In this document: positions 1 to 14,349 of the stretch, piece by piece
Layout of the letters: every line of letters starts with the position of its first letter
Position numbering within the stretch: the first letter of the stretch is position 1
Origin: Vicugna vicugna
Lineage: Eukaryota
Length of the DNA stretch: 64,000 bases
Direction: 5' to 3'
Assembly (NCBI GenBank): GCA_013265495.1
Contig: MU058337.1
Span: forward strand, 4,382,716-4,446,715
Notes under the pieces: model-generated
Told to the model about the DNA's origin: nothing
The model's database searches: none
What the model saw: the letters and a program-made list of their open reading frames with translations, nothing else
Program-made: the position numbers and the translations under genes

Positions 1-99
1 TATTTTACATTGTTGATGCTATAATAAAATATATATAACATTTTTTTAATTTTCTCATTGTTTAGAAGACCCTTTGGAATTGTTAACCAGTAAATTAAG

Positions 100-566
100 T
101 TTTCACTCTGGCTGGTGGGAATAAGTACTCTTCCCAGCTCTATATGGGATCTAGATTGTCCTAATTTGGGGAGGTGGTTCTTTTTCTGGCCGTGGACAGT
201 TTCCTCACATACATGTGCTGATCACTACTCAGTTGAACACTCAAAGACCTTTTATAGATCCTCAAGTTCTATATGCAGAACCCTCTTTTCTGTTATTCTA
301 TCCTTTGAACTCTAGCTGCCTTGTCTCCTCCCATGACTCCTAGCTCCATCTCTTCCAGTCATGGAGTTCTGCTGGGCTTGCCTTGGGTTCCGTCTCCTTT
401 CTCTGTGTCCTGCAAACTTGATACAAGAAGAAGGGTTAAGCATAGGGCCCACCTGTTCTGTTTTCTGTTTCTCTGGGATCACTTTCTTTTGTTGTCTCAT
501 GTTCAGTGTATTGGGAACTACTGTTTCCTACATGTTGTCCAATTTTCTGTTGTTTCAGGCAAGTGG
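100..566 (-). mobile_element. Ancient L1M 5'-region fragment
   Basis: Resembles recalled antisense L1MC/MD 5' sequence; truncated by gap. Confidence 0.45.
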
Positions 567-1171
567 NNNNNNNNNNNNNNNNNNNNNNNNNNNNNNNNNN
601 NNNNNNNNNNNNNNNNNNNNNNNNNNNNNNNNNNNNNNNNNNNNNNNNNNNNNNNNNNNNNNNNNNNNNNNNNNNNNNNNNNNNNNNNNNNNNNNNNNNN
701 NNNNNNNNNNNNNNNNNNNNNNNNNNNNNNNNNNNNNNNNNNNNNNNNNNNNNNNNNNNNNNNNNNNNNNNNNNNNNNNNNNNNNNNNNNNNNNNNNNNN
801 NNNNNNNNNNNNNNNNNNNNNNNNNNNNNNNNNNNNNNNNNNNNNNNNNNNNNNNNNNNNNNNNNNNNNNNNNNNNNNNNNNNNNNNNNNNNNNNNNNNN
901 NNNNNNNNNNNNNNNNNNNNNNNNNNNNNNNNNNNNNNNNNNNNNNNNNNNNNNNNNNNNNNNNNNNNNNNNNNNNNNNNNNNNNNNNNNNNNNNNNNNN
1001 NNNNNNNNNNNNNNNNNNNNNNNNNNNNNNNNNNNNNNNNNNNNNNNNNNNNNNNNNNNNNNNNNNNNNNNNNNNNNNNNNNNNNNNNNNNNNNNNNNNN
1101 NNNNNNNNNNNNNNNNNNNNNNNNNNNNNNNNNNNNNNNNNNNNNNNNNNNNNNNNNNNNNNNNNNNNNNN
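567..1171. other. Assembly gap (605 N)
   Basis: Run of N. Confidence 1.
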
Positions 1172-2339
1172 AGGTTTAACTTTTTTTTTTTTTTGGTAGG
1201 ACTATGTTCCAGTTGGTGCTGTGTTCTTCATGTTGCATTACATCTGGAGGCACCTAATGCCTGCTTTCTATTTTTAGTGATGCTAAGATTGATCAAAGGG
1301 TTCGGGTGGTGACAGCCTGATCTCTCCATTATAACCCCCCACCAGTCATTGGTCAAGTGATATGATCCTTCGGTGACTGTTGCATAACTCAATTATTTCA
1401 TCAGAGGTGGCAAAGTGATACTTTTCAATCATTTCTTATGTATGTATTAGCTGGAACTCCCCCGTAAATAAAAACTGTCAGTCTTCAATTAGGGCTATTT
1501 GATTATCTTGAAAGTCAAGATAAATGTATAATTCTTTCCTTGGAATTGTCAATTTTCAGAGTAAGAAATTGGTGCCATGGTACTTCCAGTGAAGCCCAAT
1601 GAGCTGGAATCTCTGTCTTTCCCTCCCTGTCTCCTCTCATTTTCTCTTACATATATTCAGTTGCTTAAATTAGTGGAATGAATATGTGTTTCTTACTAAT
1701 TTTCCAATTGTGCCCCTTTGTGAGTTGAGGACACCCTAGAACCAGCAGCCAGGGGGTGACCTGGGGGATGAAATTTCCCTCGGAGAGTTGGCAGCCATTT
1801 TTCATGGAAAAGCTATAACCCTGCTGGGACCAGATGGGCTGAATCCCACTTTACAAGCAAGCCTTTTGGGGTTTTCCCATCTTGTTAGTCACTGAGTTTG
1901 AGTTTACCCACCTGAGATGGGAATATGAGGCTGGAGAGCCACATGGCCTCCATGAGTCAGGTGTGCAGTTCCAGCCAGAGCCCAAGAGCCAGCCACTAGC
2001 TGCTATTCAAAAGCATGGGGGCGGGGGGGGTCTGGTGGTCGCATCAGGGAGTAGCAAGTCCAAAACCTCTCAGGGTCCATCTGAGTGGAGGCTCCAGACT
2101 CCAGTCATCAGTCACAGTGACTTACAGATCAGGGGAGTCAGGATGGCGAGTATCCAAGGGTTAGTTAACACTTCTCTACGTGATCAGAATCATTCTCTCT
2201 GGTGCTTAATGGGACGGGAAGTACAAGCAGGTAACATACAGCCACATGTAAAAGCAGCTACACCAGCAATATTACTTAACATCATATCTTATTAGAGAAA
2301 TAGGAATTTAATATACTTGCTGAAAGGGAACCCTTGCCG

Positions 2340-3038
2340 GTACCTCCTTCTGCTTGGGTCCACTCAGAAGAAAGAAACCACACATTAATTTAACAGGGAA
2401 AGTTGAACGGAAAGAATCAATAACAGAAGACTGGAATGATGAGGCTATCAGGAAGAGACCTAAAGAATGTGGAAACAGCAAATATGAGGAGCAGCCACCC
2501 CGCTTAGGGCTAAGATGGTACTCCCATCTTTCCACTTACCCCACCAAGAGGGCTGACATCCACATCTTGCTGAGAAGGCTTGGCCACGGCTTCCTAGATG
2601 GGAGAGAAGTTGCCGTGGTGTTGTGCTGGACCTATTTATTGGAAATCTGCCCTAGAAGGTGCCAGGGAAAGGTGTTACGGGGAAGGACTGAGCTACAAAA
2701 CTGTCCAAGGCCTGGGGGAGACGGGGTACACTGCTGCCATGCTGGGGCTGGCTGCCAGGCCCTGCACACAGAGCCCTGGAGAAGCTGTGAGCTCTGCGGG
2801 TGCTGGGCCCTGGGGAAGCCACCTGCTCTAAAGGAGCCTCACCTGGGGAAGCCGGCTGGGCTGAGGGAGCGCACCTGACCTAGGGGGCAAACCCTGTCCT
2901 CTGGCGCCCTCTACTGATAAGGTTTAGCATGTCCCAGCTGGCAAAGGAAAACTATTTAAAGGACCCACATCTATTTTCACAGAGCAGGCAGAAAGGGGTT
3001 AACATGGAGTCAAAAGGCAGGAAGTCCATGATTGGCAC
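2340..3038 (-). mobile_element. Ancient ERVL-type LTR (MER74/MER54/MER88-like)
   Basis: Reverse complement of 2900-3038 (gtgccaatc...ttttcctttgccagctggg...tcagtagagggcgcc) resembles the recalled 5' end of this family. Confidence 0.5.
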
Positions 3039-4534
3039 CATATACCTGTTGAAAAGGACCTTTGCTTGTATCGGTATCTTGAAAAAACTCAGAAGCAAGT
3101 ACAATAAAAGGTTAAGTGGTGGGAATTTTGGTGTTTATTGTAGTCATTTTGTAACTTTCAAGATATTTTAAATTTAGGAAAGAAAAGTCCTAGTGAGAAA
3201 AAGTGAATGATATATTACTTAAGCTGAAGAACTCTCGAGCTGGTACATGAAACCCTCCACATCTAAAGAAACTGAACTACATCCATTTATTTAAACATGT
3301 ATGATCCGAATTCTGTTGAAGAAATAAGAAGTTCCCATCATTTATTCATACTTTAACTTATTCATTAAACATTTAAGAGCATCTTTTCCATGCCGATAAC
3401 CATATTAGCTCCCAACCCTCAAGCTCTTCACAGTCCAGAGGGCAAGAGACAAAACTATGGACAGTTACCCTGGACCATAACTGAAGAGAATGTAACAGAG
3501 GTATATACTCAGAAGGAGATTTGAAGTCCTCCTGGTACGGTGATGCCTGACTTGTGCTGAAGGAAATAATAAGAATTATCTGGGAGAGAATATTTTAGAG
3601 AGAAAAACAACCGTCTGGCAAAATTAAAAGTCTAGCTCAAATTTTCACCTATAAACTAATTAAACTAAGAGAATGGAAAAAGGCATACTCTAAATAAGAA
3701 ACGTCTATAAAATATAAAAAAGAGATATATTCTAAGTAAGATGAGTAATAAGTTTGATGGAGTTGAAACATTTATAAATGATCTGTGATCCTACAGATTC
3801 TCATGTGCCAGAAGACCTAGAGAGAGACAGAGAGAGACTGTATTTGAGCCACAATCAGTTTTCTAACTCTCTTCAATGCTAAAGGTTTGAGATGGTTGGG
3901 ATAACTCAGCATGCATTTCAGACTAGAATCAACCCATTCTGGGATGGGTAACACCTATATCTTTCATGAACTGTGCATTTTATCACATTCATCTTCATGT
4001 TTGCATGCCCTCTCCTGTCTCTCCTGGGCTTCTCAAAAAGATACTGCAAGATCAGATAGCTGTTTTCCATGTATATGTAATGGAGTATTTCCAATCTTGT
4101 TGTCTATGTGTTGAGGCATGCCGCAATCTTTTTCCTTCGGGAGAAGTCACTATGTTGTTATTCCAATACCTAGAGTGATTCATGCGTCTGGAATGAAAAG
4201 ATGATCCCGTATCGGTTCCACTGATAATGCCACCGTTATTGCTGTGCTAGGCAGAGAACCAAGACTGTAACTGAATCAGCTGATCCTTTGACACATGTGT
4301 AAAGCACTTAAGCTGCCCTGCAATTCGGAGTTTCAACTTGCACCAACTTGACGATTGAATTCTGATTTCTGCTCAGGGTTTTCTATTAACATTGTGAGAA
4401 GGGATCAGTAAAAAAGCAACTTGTCAAATTTTTTTTTCCACAGAAAACTAAAATGGAAACCACCCTCATTATTGCAGTTAAAATCTCTTAACTAAAATGT
4501 TCAATCTTGAGGCGTTTTGTTGTTGTTTGCCTTT

Positions 4535-5760
4535 TTAATTATTAATTTCATTTTTTAGAGCAGCTTTAGGTTAACAGTAAACTTCAGGGGCAAGTACAGA
4601 GAGTTCCCATATACCCATCCCCCACTCCGTCCCTCACATGCGCAGCCTCTTCCACAGCCCCCCAACAGTGGTACCTCTGCTATAACCTAAGACGTCATTA
4701 TCACCCAAAGTCCATAGTTTACATTAAGGTTCATTCTTAGTGTTGTACATCCTATAAATTTTGACAAATGTAGGATGGCATGTGCCATTACAGAATCACA
4801 CAGAATAGGTTCACTGCCCTAAAAATCCCATGTGCTTACTTCCCCTTTTCCTCCCTGCCTCTCCCCTAACCCCTGACAACCACTGACCTTTTACTGTCAC
4901 TATAGTTTTGCCTTTTCCATAAACTCATATAGTTGGAATCATACAGTACGTAGTCTTTTCAGATTGGCTTCTTTCACTTAGATATGCATATAAGATTCCT
5001 CCATGTCTTTTCTTGGCTGAATTGATGGCTCATTTCTTTTTAGCTCTGAATACTATTCCATTTTCTGGACAAACTACAATTTGTTTATCCATTCATCTAC
5101 TGAAGGCCATCCTGGTTGCTTCCAAGTTTTGGCAATTGTGAGTCTATGAGTAAAGCTGCTAGTAACATCCATGAGTAGGTTTTCGTGTGGACGTAACTTT
5201 TCAACTGCTTTGGGTAAACCAAGGAGCAAGGTTGTTGGGTCATATGGTAAGAGTATGTTTAGTTTTGTAAGAAGGCACCAAACTGTCTTCCAAAGTGGCA
5301 GCACCATTTTGTATTCCCACTAGCGATGAATGAGAGTTCCTGCGGCCCCACAGTCTCACCTGCATCTGCTGTTGTCAGTGCTCTGGAATTCGGCCCTTGT
5401 GCTGGTGGATAGGGGTATCTCATTGTTGTTCCAGTAGCCTTTCCCTGATGGCATATGATATAGTACATCTTTCCATATGATTATTAGCCATCTATATATT
5501 TTCTTTGGTGAGGTGTCTGTTAAGGTCTTTGGCCCATTTTTAAAATCAGGTTGTTTATCTTCTTATTATTGAATGTTAAGGGTTCTTTGTATATTTTGGA
5601 TAACAGTCTTTTATCAGATATGTCTTTTGCAAATATTTTCTCTCAATCTGTGGCCTGTCTTGTTCCTTTGCTGTATATTTATCCTTTGGAGAGCAGAGGG
5701 TTTTAATTTGAATGAAGTCCGGCTTATCAATTATTTCTTTCATGGACAAAGTTTGTTTTT
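4535..5760 (-). mobile_element. L1M (L1MC-like) 3' fragment: degenerate ORF2 C-terminus plus 3'UTR
   Basis: Minus ORF 5074..5307 reads PLWKTVW...LPYDP...IAKTWKQP...DEWINKL, typical of L1 ORF2p; broken frames. Confidence 0.9.
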
Positions 5761-5934
5761 ATTTGACCCATTAGTTTCCTTTTCCCTCTGGTAAAGATTG
5801 CTGTCCTCTAAGCCACCTTGTGGAGATGACTGATTGAAACTTTCCTCCTACTCTGTCCCCTGGTATGGATGCTGTTTCTGTGGATCCTACAAAATTCCTG
5901 TGAGCATCAAATGAGACAAAGTTTATGAATAGGT

Positions 5935-6179
5935 GTTCTTAAAAATTAAAATATTGTCAGTTACAATGTGTCAGTTTCTGGTGTACAGCATAATGTTGAC
6001 ATAGACATAACATATATTCGTTTTCATATTCTTTTTCATTATGTTACTGCAAGATTTTGAATACAGTTCCCTGTGCTATACAGAACAAATTTGTTTTTTA
6101 TCTATTTTATATATATAGTTATTAGTATTTGCAAATCTCAAACTCTCAATTTATCCCTTCCCACCCCCTCTCCCCCGGA
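5935..6179 (-). mobile_element. Short, younger L1 3' tail (artiodactyl/camelid-like), inserted into a MIR
   Basis: tttctggtgtacagcataatg...tacagttccctgtgctatacag...tttatcccttcccacccc; near-perfect TSD TATGAATAGGT/TATAAATAGGT. Confidence 0.75.
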
Positions 6180-7164
6180 TATAAATAGGTTTTGAAAACT
6201 GAAAAGCACATGTACACACATCAGGCAGCATTACCAGTCTCTTGATAGCACACTCGTACAAGCGCACACACACACCTTTCTCTCCTCTTTGGCCAATGGA
6301 TGTGTTCACGATACCAATTAAAAAGACATCAAGTTCTCATTACAGTTGACAATACCGTTTGGAATCAAAGAGATAGGATGCGGCAAATGTCACCTTTAAT
6401 TCCAGAGGCTGTCAACTTTCACTCTCTTAGGAGGAGTGTGGGTCCATCTCAGTGGCTTCTTCTGTCTCTGGAAGCACTGAGAATTATTCTGTGATTCTGC
6501 AAGAGTTCTCCAGTTTACGTTCATCTCCCTGCTTCAGGATTTTCTCTCCATTGATTTTGACATAACTAAATAAAAGCGCAGTGCGCTTGAACTGAATAAC
6601 TAAAGACAAGAAAAAGAGAAACAGAGAGAAAGAAAGAGAGAGGCACTATGTGAAGCTCTAAAAGGGTCTGAGTCTTCTTGCTGAAATTCTAGTCAACAAC
6701 TGCAGGGAGAAAGGCGTCATTATTGGCAAATGTCCTAGCGGGTGGGTTATGACAGCTCATGTCACCTCCATCCCACGGTGATGGGGGTGTTTATGGAGCT
6801 GTGTTTCCGCCAACTGGAGGGAAAGATATGAAAAAGACAATTTCCTATAGCAACTTCAACAGATTCGTTCCTTGGTTCCTTATCATTTTGGTTATATTGC
6901 AAATTACTTTCAGAATCACCCTTTCTAAAATGTTGCTAGTGTATGATATTGTTTGTGCACATGAATTCTTCCATTAGTTCTAATGGTTTGTTGATAGGAT
7001 TGATTGAATATTCCATATGGAAAAATCCTACTGCATGAAATAAATTAATTTCTTTCTAATCATTCTACCTTATCTTCTCTAAGAAATATATTATATTGTT
7101 GTCTTATACACTAATCAAAAAGCAGGCAGCCAAAAACTTGGGAAATATTTTTAAAGTGTTCCAG

Positions 7165-7270
7165 GAAGTTAATTGATATAATATTTAATATACTATTAGA
7201 ATAATTATTAAGGTTATAATTATATAATACAATATATTACATAGTTATAATAATATTTATTATACATAGC
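7165..7270. repeat. AT-rich low-complexity tract
   Basis: Almost pure A/T with TA/TAA/TAT units. Confidence 0.7.
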
Positions 7271-7299
7271 AAATCGCGATTATTAACGTGTTATTTTAA

Positions 7300-7458
7300 A
7301 ATTACTCTATTTTTCATCTTTTGTTAATTTTGGTAATTTCTAAGTCAACGTTACTTTTCTAATCAATTTTGCATTTGTAATTAAAAATGTTTTTCCTTAA
7401 GGAGGACACTCCCCCCAGGTTGTATAAATATCAGGCCCCCCCAAACCTTGGTCCCAGA
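7300..7458 (-). mobile_element. hAT-Tip100-like DNA transposon end
   Basis: ttgtataaatatcaggcccccccaaaccttggtcc resembles a recalled terminal sequence. Confidence 0.35.
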
Positions 7459-10400
7459 TCTCACATCCTGTCTTCCCAAGGACATATCTTCTGTCCTTTG
7501 AACGCATCAAGACCCCAAAGCCTCTGGTTTCCAGGCCAGCACCTAGCTAGCACACCCCGGGCTGTGGTGGCATGAACTCATTCACTTCCTACTGATGCTT
7601 TGATTTCCTTCGTCTTTTAGGGCATCTAGGGGTTTCTCTTTCGGGCCTGGATATGCATTTCTAAAGCATCTTTGAAAAGACGTCAGCTGGTGTTTTCTGT
7701 GTCGGGGATGGGAGGGACACGGGCGACAGGTTCATCAGCTCCGTGGCCGCAAGTGAATGCTTCCTTTCTTTTGTAACTTTATTGATGCACACACAACATA
7801 GGATCCAAACCCCTCTTGAATGCACCAGCGATGATGCCTACGTAGGCCCTGTCATTTTCGTAAACTTTGTCTCACTTGAGCCCTCAGTGGACCTGTGGAG
7901 TCGGTATGTGAGAGGTGGTCCCACCCCCAGTAGATGAAGGGAACGGAGCCCGAAGCTGGGACTTCTCTGAGATCCCACAGTGGGAGAGTGGGACGGCTGG
8001 GCTCCACGGACACGGCCTGTGCCTCTGCTCCACCACGCCTCTCTCGCTCCTCCTTGCCTGGATTGATACTGAAATCATTTGGCGTATTTCCCCAAATCCA
8101 TGACAGCACAGCCCTCGATGAGAACACGTGCTTCCCAAATCGAGTCTGCCCTAGAATGAGGGGAAAGAATGACAGGAATTCTCCATTGTGGCACATCCCA
8201 GAATAGTCCCATCAGGTAAACATTCTTTCCTAATAGAAATCTGTTGGGAACAAATTATTGTCTTTCTGTTCAACACAGGTCAACTGCTGTTGCTAAAATC
8301 GGAGCATGATTACTTCCCCACTAAGCCCCTCTAAAAAGTGCCATTTCCAAGCAGCTGATGGCAAAATGGAAAGAACAGATGGCATCGGAGGCATCTGGAC
8401 AGTTGTAAGGCTCACGTGGTCATTTCTGCTTTGTCGTCCTGGGTCTGACAATGAGGCTGGAACTGAGGATCCTCTCCCATCCTCACTTTCAAAATTGAAT
8501 TACTGCAAAGGGATTTTTTTCCCCATAGGATAGATTCATTTGGTTCCACCTATCCCTATAAGATAAGCATCAGAAAACTATCATTCATTAAATGTTAAAT
8601 TAAGAGGAATGTTATCAGCCAATGAACCTTTATGTTGTAGATATTTCAATATCAGGATTTCTTATCTAAACCCGTTTCCCAAGCATGACATTCCTCCACA
8701 GTATCACAGGCTTTTAGTTCATCTCCAGAGAATTCTTGGCTATTTTGATGACATGAACCCTGGCAATCACCAATTGTGATTTATACATGGTTGCAGTCGA
8801 AGATTCTTCTAAAATAACAATGAAATTTCTTTGGGGGGGTGTGGAAATCTGTTTTAAGAACTGGCTTGAGAAAACGTTAAGAATAGAAGCAAATAATGAA
8901 GCAAACTCTTCTCCAAAATGCATCTAAGGCTACTCATGGTCTCCTGTCAGAGCCACTTTATAAGGCAGATAATTTATGGGGAGCCATGCCTTTCTGCATG
9001 GTTAAGCGCCAACTCAAATGCTTAGGAACAGGCATGTGCTATTTTTAAAATGAAATGACTCTAACTTCACTTGCTCTTTCCAAACATATTGGGTTATTTC
9101 ACTCATATTCTTCCTTCCTTCCTCACTGGTCATGTTTGCCGTTACCCCAGGGGCATTTAAGATGAAACAAGGAAATTCTTCTAGGTATGTCCACAAGCTT
9201 GACAAAATTTAAGGGTTGCCTGGATGTTTTTGAACCCCTACTTTAGCATTTCTGATGGTGGTCTTCTTTTACTGTGGCAAGGAATCTATCGTCTTCATGT
9301 TCCAGCCAAAAGCAAGACAAGAAGGGTCCCATTTTAAGAATCTTTCTGTGCAGATTCACCGTGTCTGACCCTCCTCAGGGCCAGGTGGTTTAAATCCATA
9401 CACCCCCACGGCAGTATCACCAGCCCCCTTCCCCAGCACTGTCCAGGTGTCCCCAGAAGTCTGGCAACTGAGGGGCGGGGGTTGCTGGTAGCAGCCTTGA
9501 ATCATTTGACAGAGAGGATCATGAACTTTGAACCACTGTGTTACTGGCTAATTGAGGGACCAGAAATTCTGGCATTGCATTTCACTGTGATCAAAGTTTT
9601 TCTGCATGACACACGGCAAATCACACACTTTTTTGAAAGTTAGTGGCTACCAGGGGTTTTAGAGAACAACTAGCTCCCCACTGAAACCCCCACTTTCCTA
9701 GAAGTGAATTCCCACCACAGTCTGATCAGCACCCCTTCCTCGGCAGAGCGTTTGGGGAAGATCAGGGAGCCTCTGGTTCATACTCGGAGATGGGAGTGGC
9801 AGCCCACAGTAGGCAGTGATGAAACGGTGCATCAGGTTATTGTCTGTGGTCTCCCGGGAACGCCTGCCTGTTGAGGGAGAAGCATGGAACGAAGGAAGAA
9901 ATGGCCACTGTCTAGAGGTTTCAGCTTGGAGAGGAATGGCACCACTCCCTCCAGAGGGAATAACCAACAAGACTTAGGTCGTCTTTTATTGCAGAGAGGA
10001 TGGGCCCCCATTTTGAAGTTGTATTTATGAAAACAAGAAAGTGTGTACGCACAGGGTGGCCAGAGAAGGGAGGAGGGCCACACACCAGTCTTGCTTGTGG
10101 GCCCCACCCCTCATGACTGGGAGGGGTGCTTCTCTCACACCGACCAGCTGACTACCAGGCAGAGCAAATGACCAAGTGAGACCCATGAGAACCGTTTCCC
10201 CCAGATCCTGACACTCAAGCACAGGTACACGAGGCGGAAGGTGGCTGTGGGGGGGGCTCCCCACAGCTCTGCTCAAAGAGAAGGCCCGTGAACTCCTGCG
10301 GCTGACCATCGGGGACCAGAGCAGCCCTGGGCCCTTTGTGTCTCAAGCCCCGATGCCTAGCTTTTCCATTTGATTCGCTGAACGACCCCCCTTCCCAGGA

Positions 10401-11045
10401 GCCCAACCGAGTCTACTCACTGCTTGAACCATACAATTGAACACGAGACGTGGACTTATGAGTGACCTCCTAGACAGCAGACACTGTGCCAAATCCTTTC
10501 AGATACATAACACTTACCCCTTACCCTTGTGGAAAGGAAGGGCACCATCTCACTCGCCTCTCGGACACCCCCAAGCGCGCCCGCTGCTGGTCTCTGCGTC
10601 TGTGCTGACGTGCTGATGTGCAGACACGCCGGAAGCCCTGTGCACCTGCAGCGGAATAATTCCGAGCTGAGTATTTCGCCTCGTTTCCCAGCCCTCCCCC
10701 ACAGGTTTAAGATTTTAATCACCCCCTGACTTCATTTAACTCCCTTTGCTGGCGGCTGCCCTTTCCCTGGATCATTCTCTCTTCCTCACTTGCTGAAATA
10801 AAATACACTCTCGGAAATGCTTGTCACTGGGTCTGCCCCTGGGAGAAGCCAGACAAAGCCAGGGGCCATGGCGTCGGGGCGCTGTGAGGCCGCAGCTCTG
10901 AACCTGACATGCGTTCGTGTGAACCACCCGTCTCATATGTGAGGTCCCTGAGGCAGAGGAGGCAGGGACCACTTGCTGGGAGGTGGTATACACAGGAGAG
11001 CAACTAGAATTTACCTGCATGACAACTCCAGTCTGTCACCGAGAC

Positions 11046-11246
11046 CAGGGTTCTCAGCCTGGGCCCTGCTGGCATTCTGGGCTGGGCGGGTCTCTGCTGC
11101 GGGGTGGGGGGGTCCTGTGTAACATACAACGTCTGGCAGCGCCAGGTGCCAATAGCGCCTCCCCGAGTTGTGACAAGCAAGAAGTCTGCAAATTGCCCAG
11201 TATCCCCGGGAGGAGGAGAGGACCCCTCCATGCTGAGGACCGTTGG
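11046..11246. mobile_element. MER20 (hAT-Charlie), degenerate
   Basis: cagggttctcagcct...gttgtgacaagcaagaagtct...gctgaggaccgttg follows recalled MER20 consensus. Confidence 0.7.
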
Positions 11247-12924
11247 CCGAGACGGCTGGGCTCAATGGGAAGAAAGCCCCGTGACACATTGGAGCCCATG
11301 CTGATGGAGAAAGGTGGTGGTGCACAGATGTAGCCCTCTCATTGACCCTGTGTAAATCTTTCATCCAACCCTGCATCTTCTAATCCGAATCTGGCCCACA
11401 TTCCACCATGGCAGGCTCCCTGAGGCCAATTGTTGCACTGCCTTGCCTGTGACAAAGATCTTTCCTAGTGCGCCCAAACCTGCCTCCCGGGAACTTACTT
11501 CATCGGCGGTCCCCGCGGAGCCAGGCAGAAGCTAATCTCTCCTCGCGGGGCGGTACTTCAGCTGTGTGAAAGCATCTCACGTGTCCCCTGCCCCATAGCT
11601 GGACACACGGGGAACAGTCAGACGGGGAGTTCAAACTTCGAGACTCTTTCTTAGACCGTTGAACAAGAATTTCCAGGGGCCCAGAGTACTTTAAAGCTTC
11701 CAGGTAATTCTGACACATCCCTGCCTACAGTCCAGCGTTCAAGAGGCTTGGACTAATTTATTCCAGGTCCAAGGAGTAGAATCCTGTTTTGTTTCTTAAA
11801 GCAGCTGCTGAGAAGATGGTTTTTAAAGAAAATATTAAAAAGAAACTCTGAAAAAATAATTGAATATTCCATACTAGGTCAAAGAGATATGTATTCCTAT
11901 GCAGTTTCATTTTTGGTCAGATGGCTTTGATAAGGTTTATACAAGAAAACCTAGAAGTTGACACCAAAAAATGTTGGTCAGGCTTCCTTGCCCAGGTAGT
12001 GAGATTAAAAGAGATTCAAAATATTTTTCTTCTTTGTCCTTTTCATTTGAAAGCTTGAGAATAAATGTGTGTGTTTGTAAATATACATATATATGTTCAT
12101 ATAAATGGCAATCAGGTTGTAAAAGTCACTCACAGAATTGTAATGAGCAGCAATTTTTTGCTGTCTCTCACAGGGGTGATGACACCTGGGTCACAGCCTG
12201 ACCACGTGGGGAATAAGAAGGCATTGGAATGACAAGTTTGGAAGGTTCCAGGCCCCTCCCTTCATCTCAGGGGGTGGGACAGAGGTAGTCATGAGACCCC
12301 AGCACATCTGGATGAAGAGCCAGAGTTAAAAGAAGTAGACTAAAGGAAAAAAAAAATGACAGCAGAGAAGAGAGCTCTGGCCCCTCACAAATCCAAGGGA
12401 CTATTTAATTCCCATGCGCCCTTATTCTATTTCAAGGGTTTCCAGGCTTCCTAAATGAGCACACGGTTTTTCTCCTTCCTTTTTAACTGCCACTTATTCC
12501 AGTTCAATTACAGTGGTTTGCTTTTTCTGGGGAGAGTTTTCTGATTTCCTGTTGATAGCTGCCCCAACTAACTACCACTTATGCGACTTGAAGCCTTTGA
12601 CTCACGTCCCATCTGATGGATAGACGTTCTCCAGCCCTCCTCTCTGGAGAGTCTTGTATTATTTCTGGCTGCTGGAATCAGGGTCCAGGACAGAGCCCAC
12701 AGCAGGCACGCCTTTTCCTTCAGCCACAGGAGCTGGGCTGATGAACACACAGTCTGCAGGTCCGCATGAAACCCCGACTGTCCCCCCCACCCCCGCCCCG
12801 CTTCTTTTTAAAGTGAAACATATGTTTATATTTCAAATCACATCACAGCAACTGGATACCAACCTCTGTCCTGCTGGAGTGATTTTCCGGATCTTTTGAG
12901 AGCGATTCCATTTCATGTTGCAAG

Positions 12925-12926
<2 letters not shown>

Positions 12927-12958
<32 letters not shown>
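12927..12958. repeat. (GT)16 microsatellite
   Basis: Perfect dinucleotide run. Confidence 0.98.
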
Positions 12959-12960
<2 letters not shown>

Positions 12961-14349
12961 GGCAGAAAAATGAGAACTGAGAATGGCAAAGAGAGAGAGA
13001 GAAAAGAAATTCTAGCAAAGTAATGTGTCTGAGTACTGGTGGATAATGCTACCCTAAATAACTTGGACGTCCACTGGCTGGCTTTTGTTCATAAAATGCT
13101 AATCCTTTTAGGTGCAGATCTATATAAAACATTGGGGGTTAAAGGGTGCACAGAAATCTCAAATCTCGTCTGCTGCACAAGGTAAAGATATGTTTAAATT
13201 AACAGTTCAAACTTATTTTGAGAGTTCTAACAAGGAGCCATTCTCTGAACTTCCTAACTCTTAAATACTAACATATGCTATAGATCATATGATGTATTGA
13301 ACTAATAAATAATGAACACTCGGTAGATTTCTGTAGTTATTTTCTAGGTTGGTTTTTGGGGAAACAATCTCTCATGCCAGCTATAATGATGGGGAGAGGG
13401 TCATTTCACTTCACGAGGAAAATATCACCTGTTATTTGGACAAAAATAGTACTAGTTTTTGAGTGCAAAATGGAGAAATGTCTTAAATTCAATGTGCAGA
13501 CTCCGATGGTGCCGGGTGGGTGTCCCGCATCCAGTGCTGTATTGCCCGACTATGTCTTTGGAGAGAGCTTTGGACATTAGAGTAGCGATTGATACTGGAT
13601 GTGGGAGAGGCTTTGCACAAATTACCTTGCATAATTCCTACAACTGTCATGTGACGTCGGCATCACCATTATCCACATTTTCAACAAAGATTGTACATCG
13701 CACGGCCAAGATTCCGGGGCAGGCCCCTCAGCCCAGCACTGAGACTTCTGCCCTGAAGATGCTCTGGGTACCCACAACCAACCAGTCAGCTATCTTTGGG
13801 GGAACAACTAACTTCCTGGAGTTGGGAGGAAGTTGAAAAGAAGGAGCAAGTATCTGCAGGAGGAGAGAGCACGGGCTGGAAGAGCTCTGCTGGCTGCCTT
13901 GGTGAGCTGGAGAAGAGGAGCAAACATCTGATTGTGTGATTCTAGAGCCAGTGAAAATGCTGAATTACTTTCACAGCAATCCCATTTGTGTGCAATCTGC
14001 TGCACGTGAATGTGAGGGACACGCGACCGCTCCAGGCGTGGAGTGGAATTACATTCACTGAAGACCCGGGCGCTCTTTCTGGTGTTTTGTCTGTCTGCTC
14101 ACTAGAGTCAACGAGTTCGTACTAGTGTTGCCGGTGTGGCTGGTGGCGCTCCCCAGTTGGCTGAAGCAATATGATGGGGCAACTCTGGGGTGTAAAAACA
14201 AATCAGGAAAATTATTTACATTTTGTAAAAAAAGACTAGAAAACAACTGCGACAACTAAGCATTACGAGTAATTCCAGGGCAAACCAAGCCAGGAAACCA
14301 AGCCGTGTCCCGCCTCGTGGTCAAGAATGCAGGTCCTGCATCTGGACCT

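Noticed and set aside
321..1312. Long ORFs of 268-292 aa
   Set aside because: Artefacts of reading through the N gap
2354..2878. 174-aa ORF
   Set aside because: Non-ATG start, lies within an old LTR remnant, no recognisable protein
3900..4450. Unique-looking sequence considered as a pseudogene or CCDC168 3' remnant
   Set aside because: Frames examined on both strands are short and matched nothing I recognise; BLASTX would settle it
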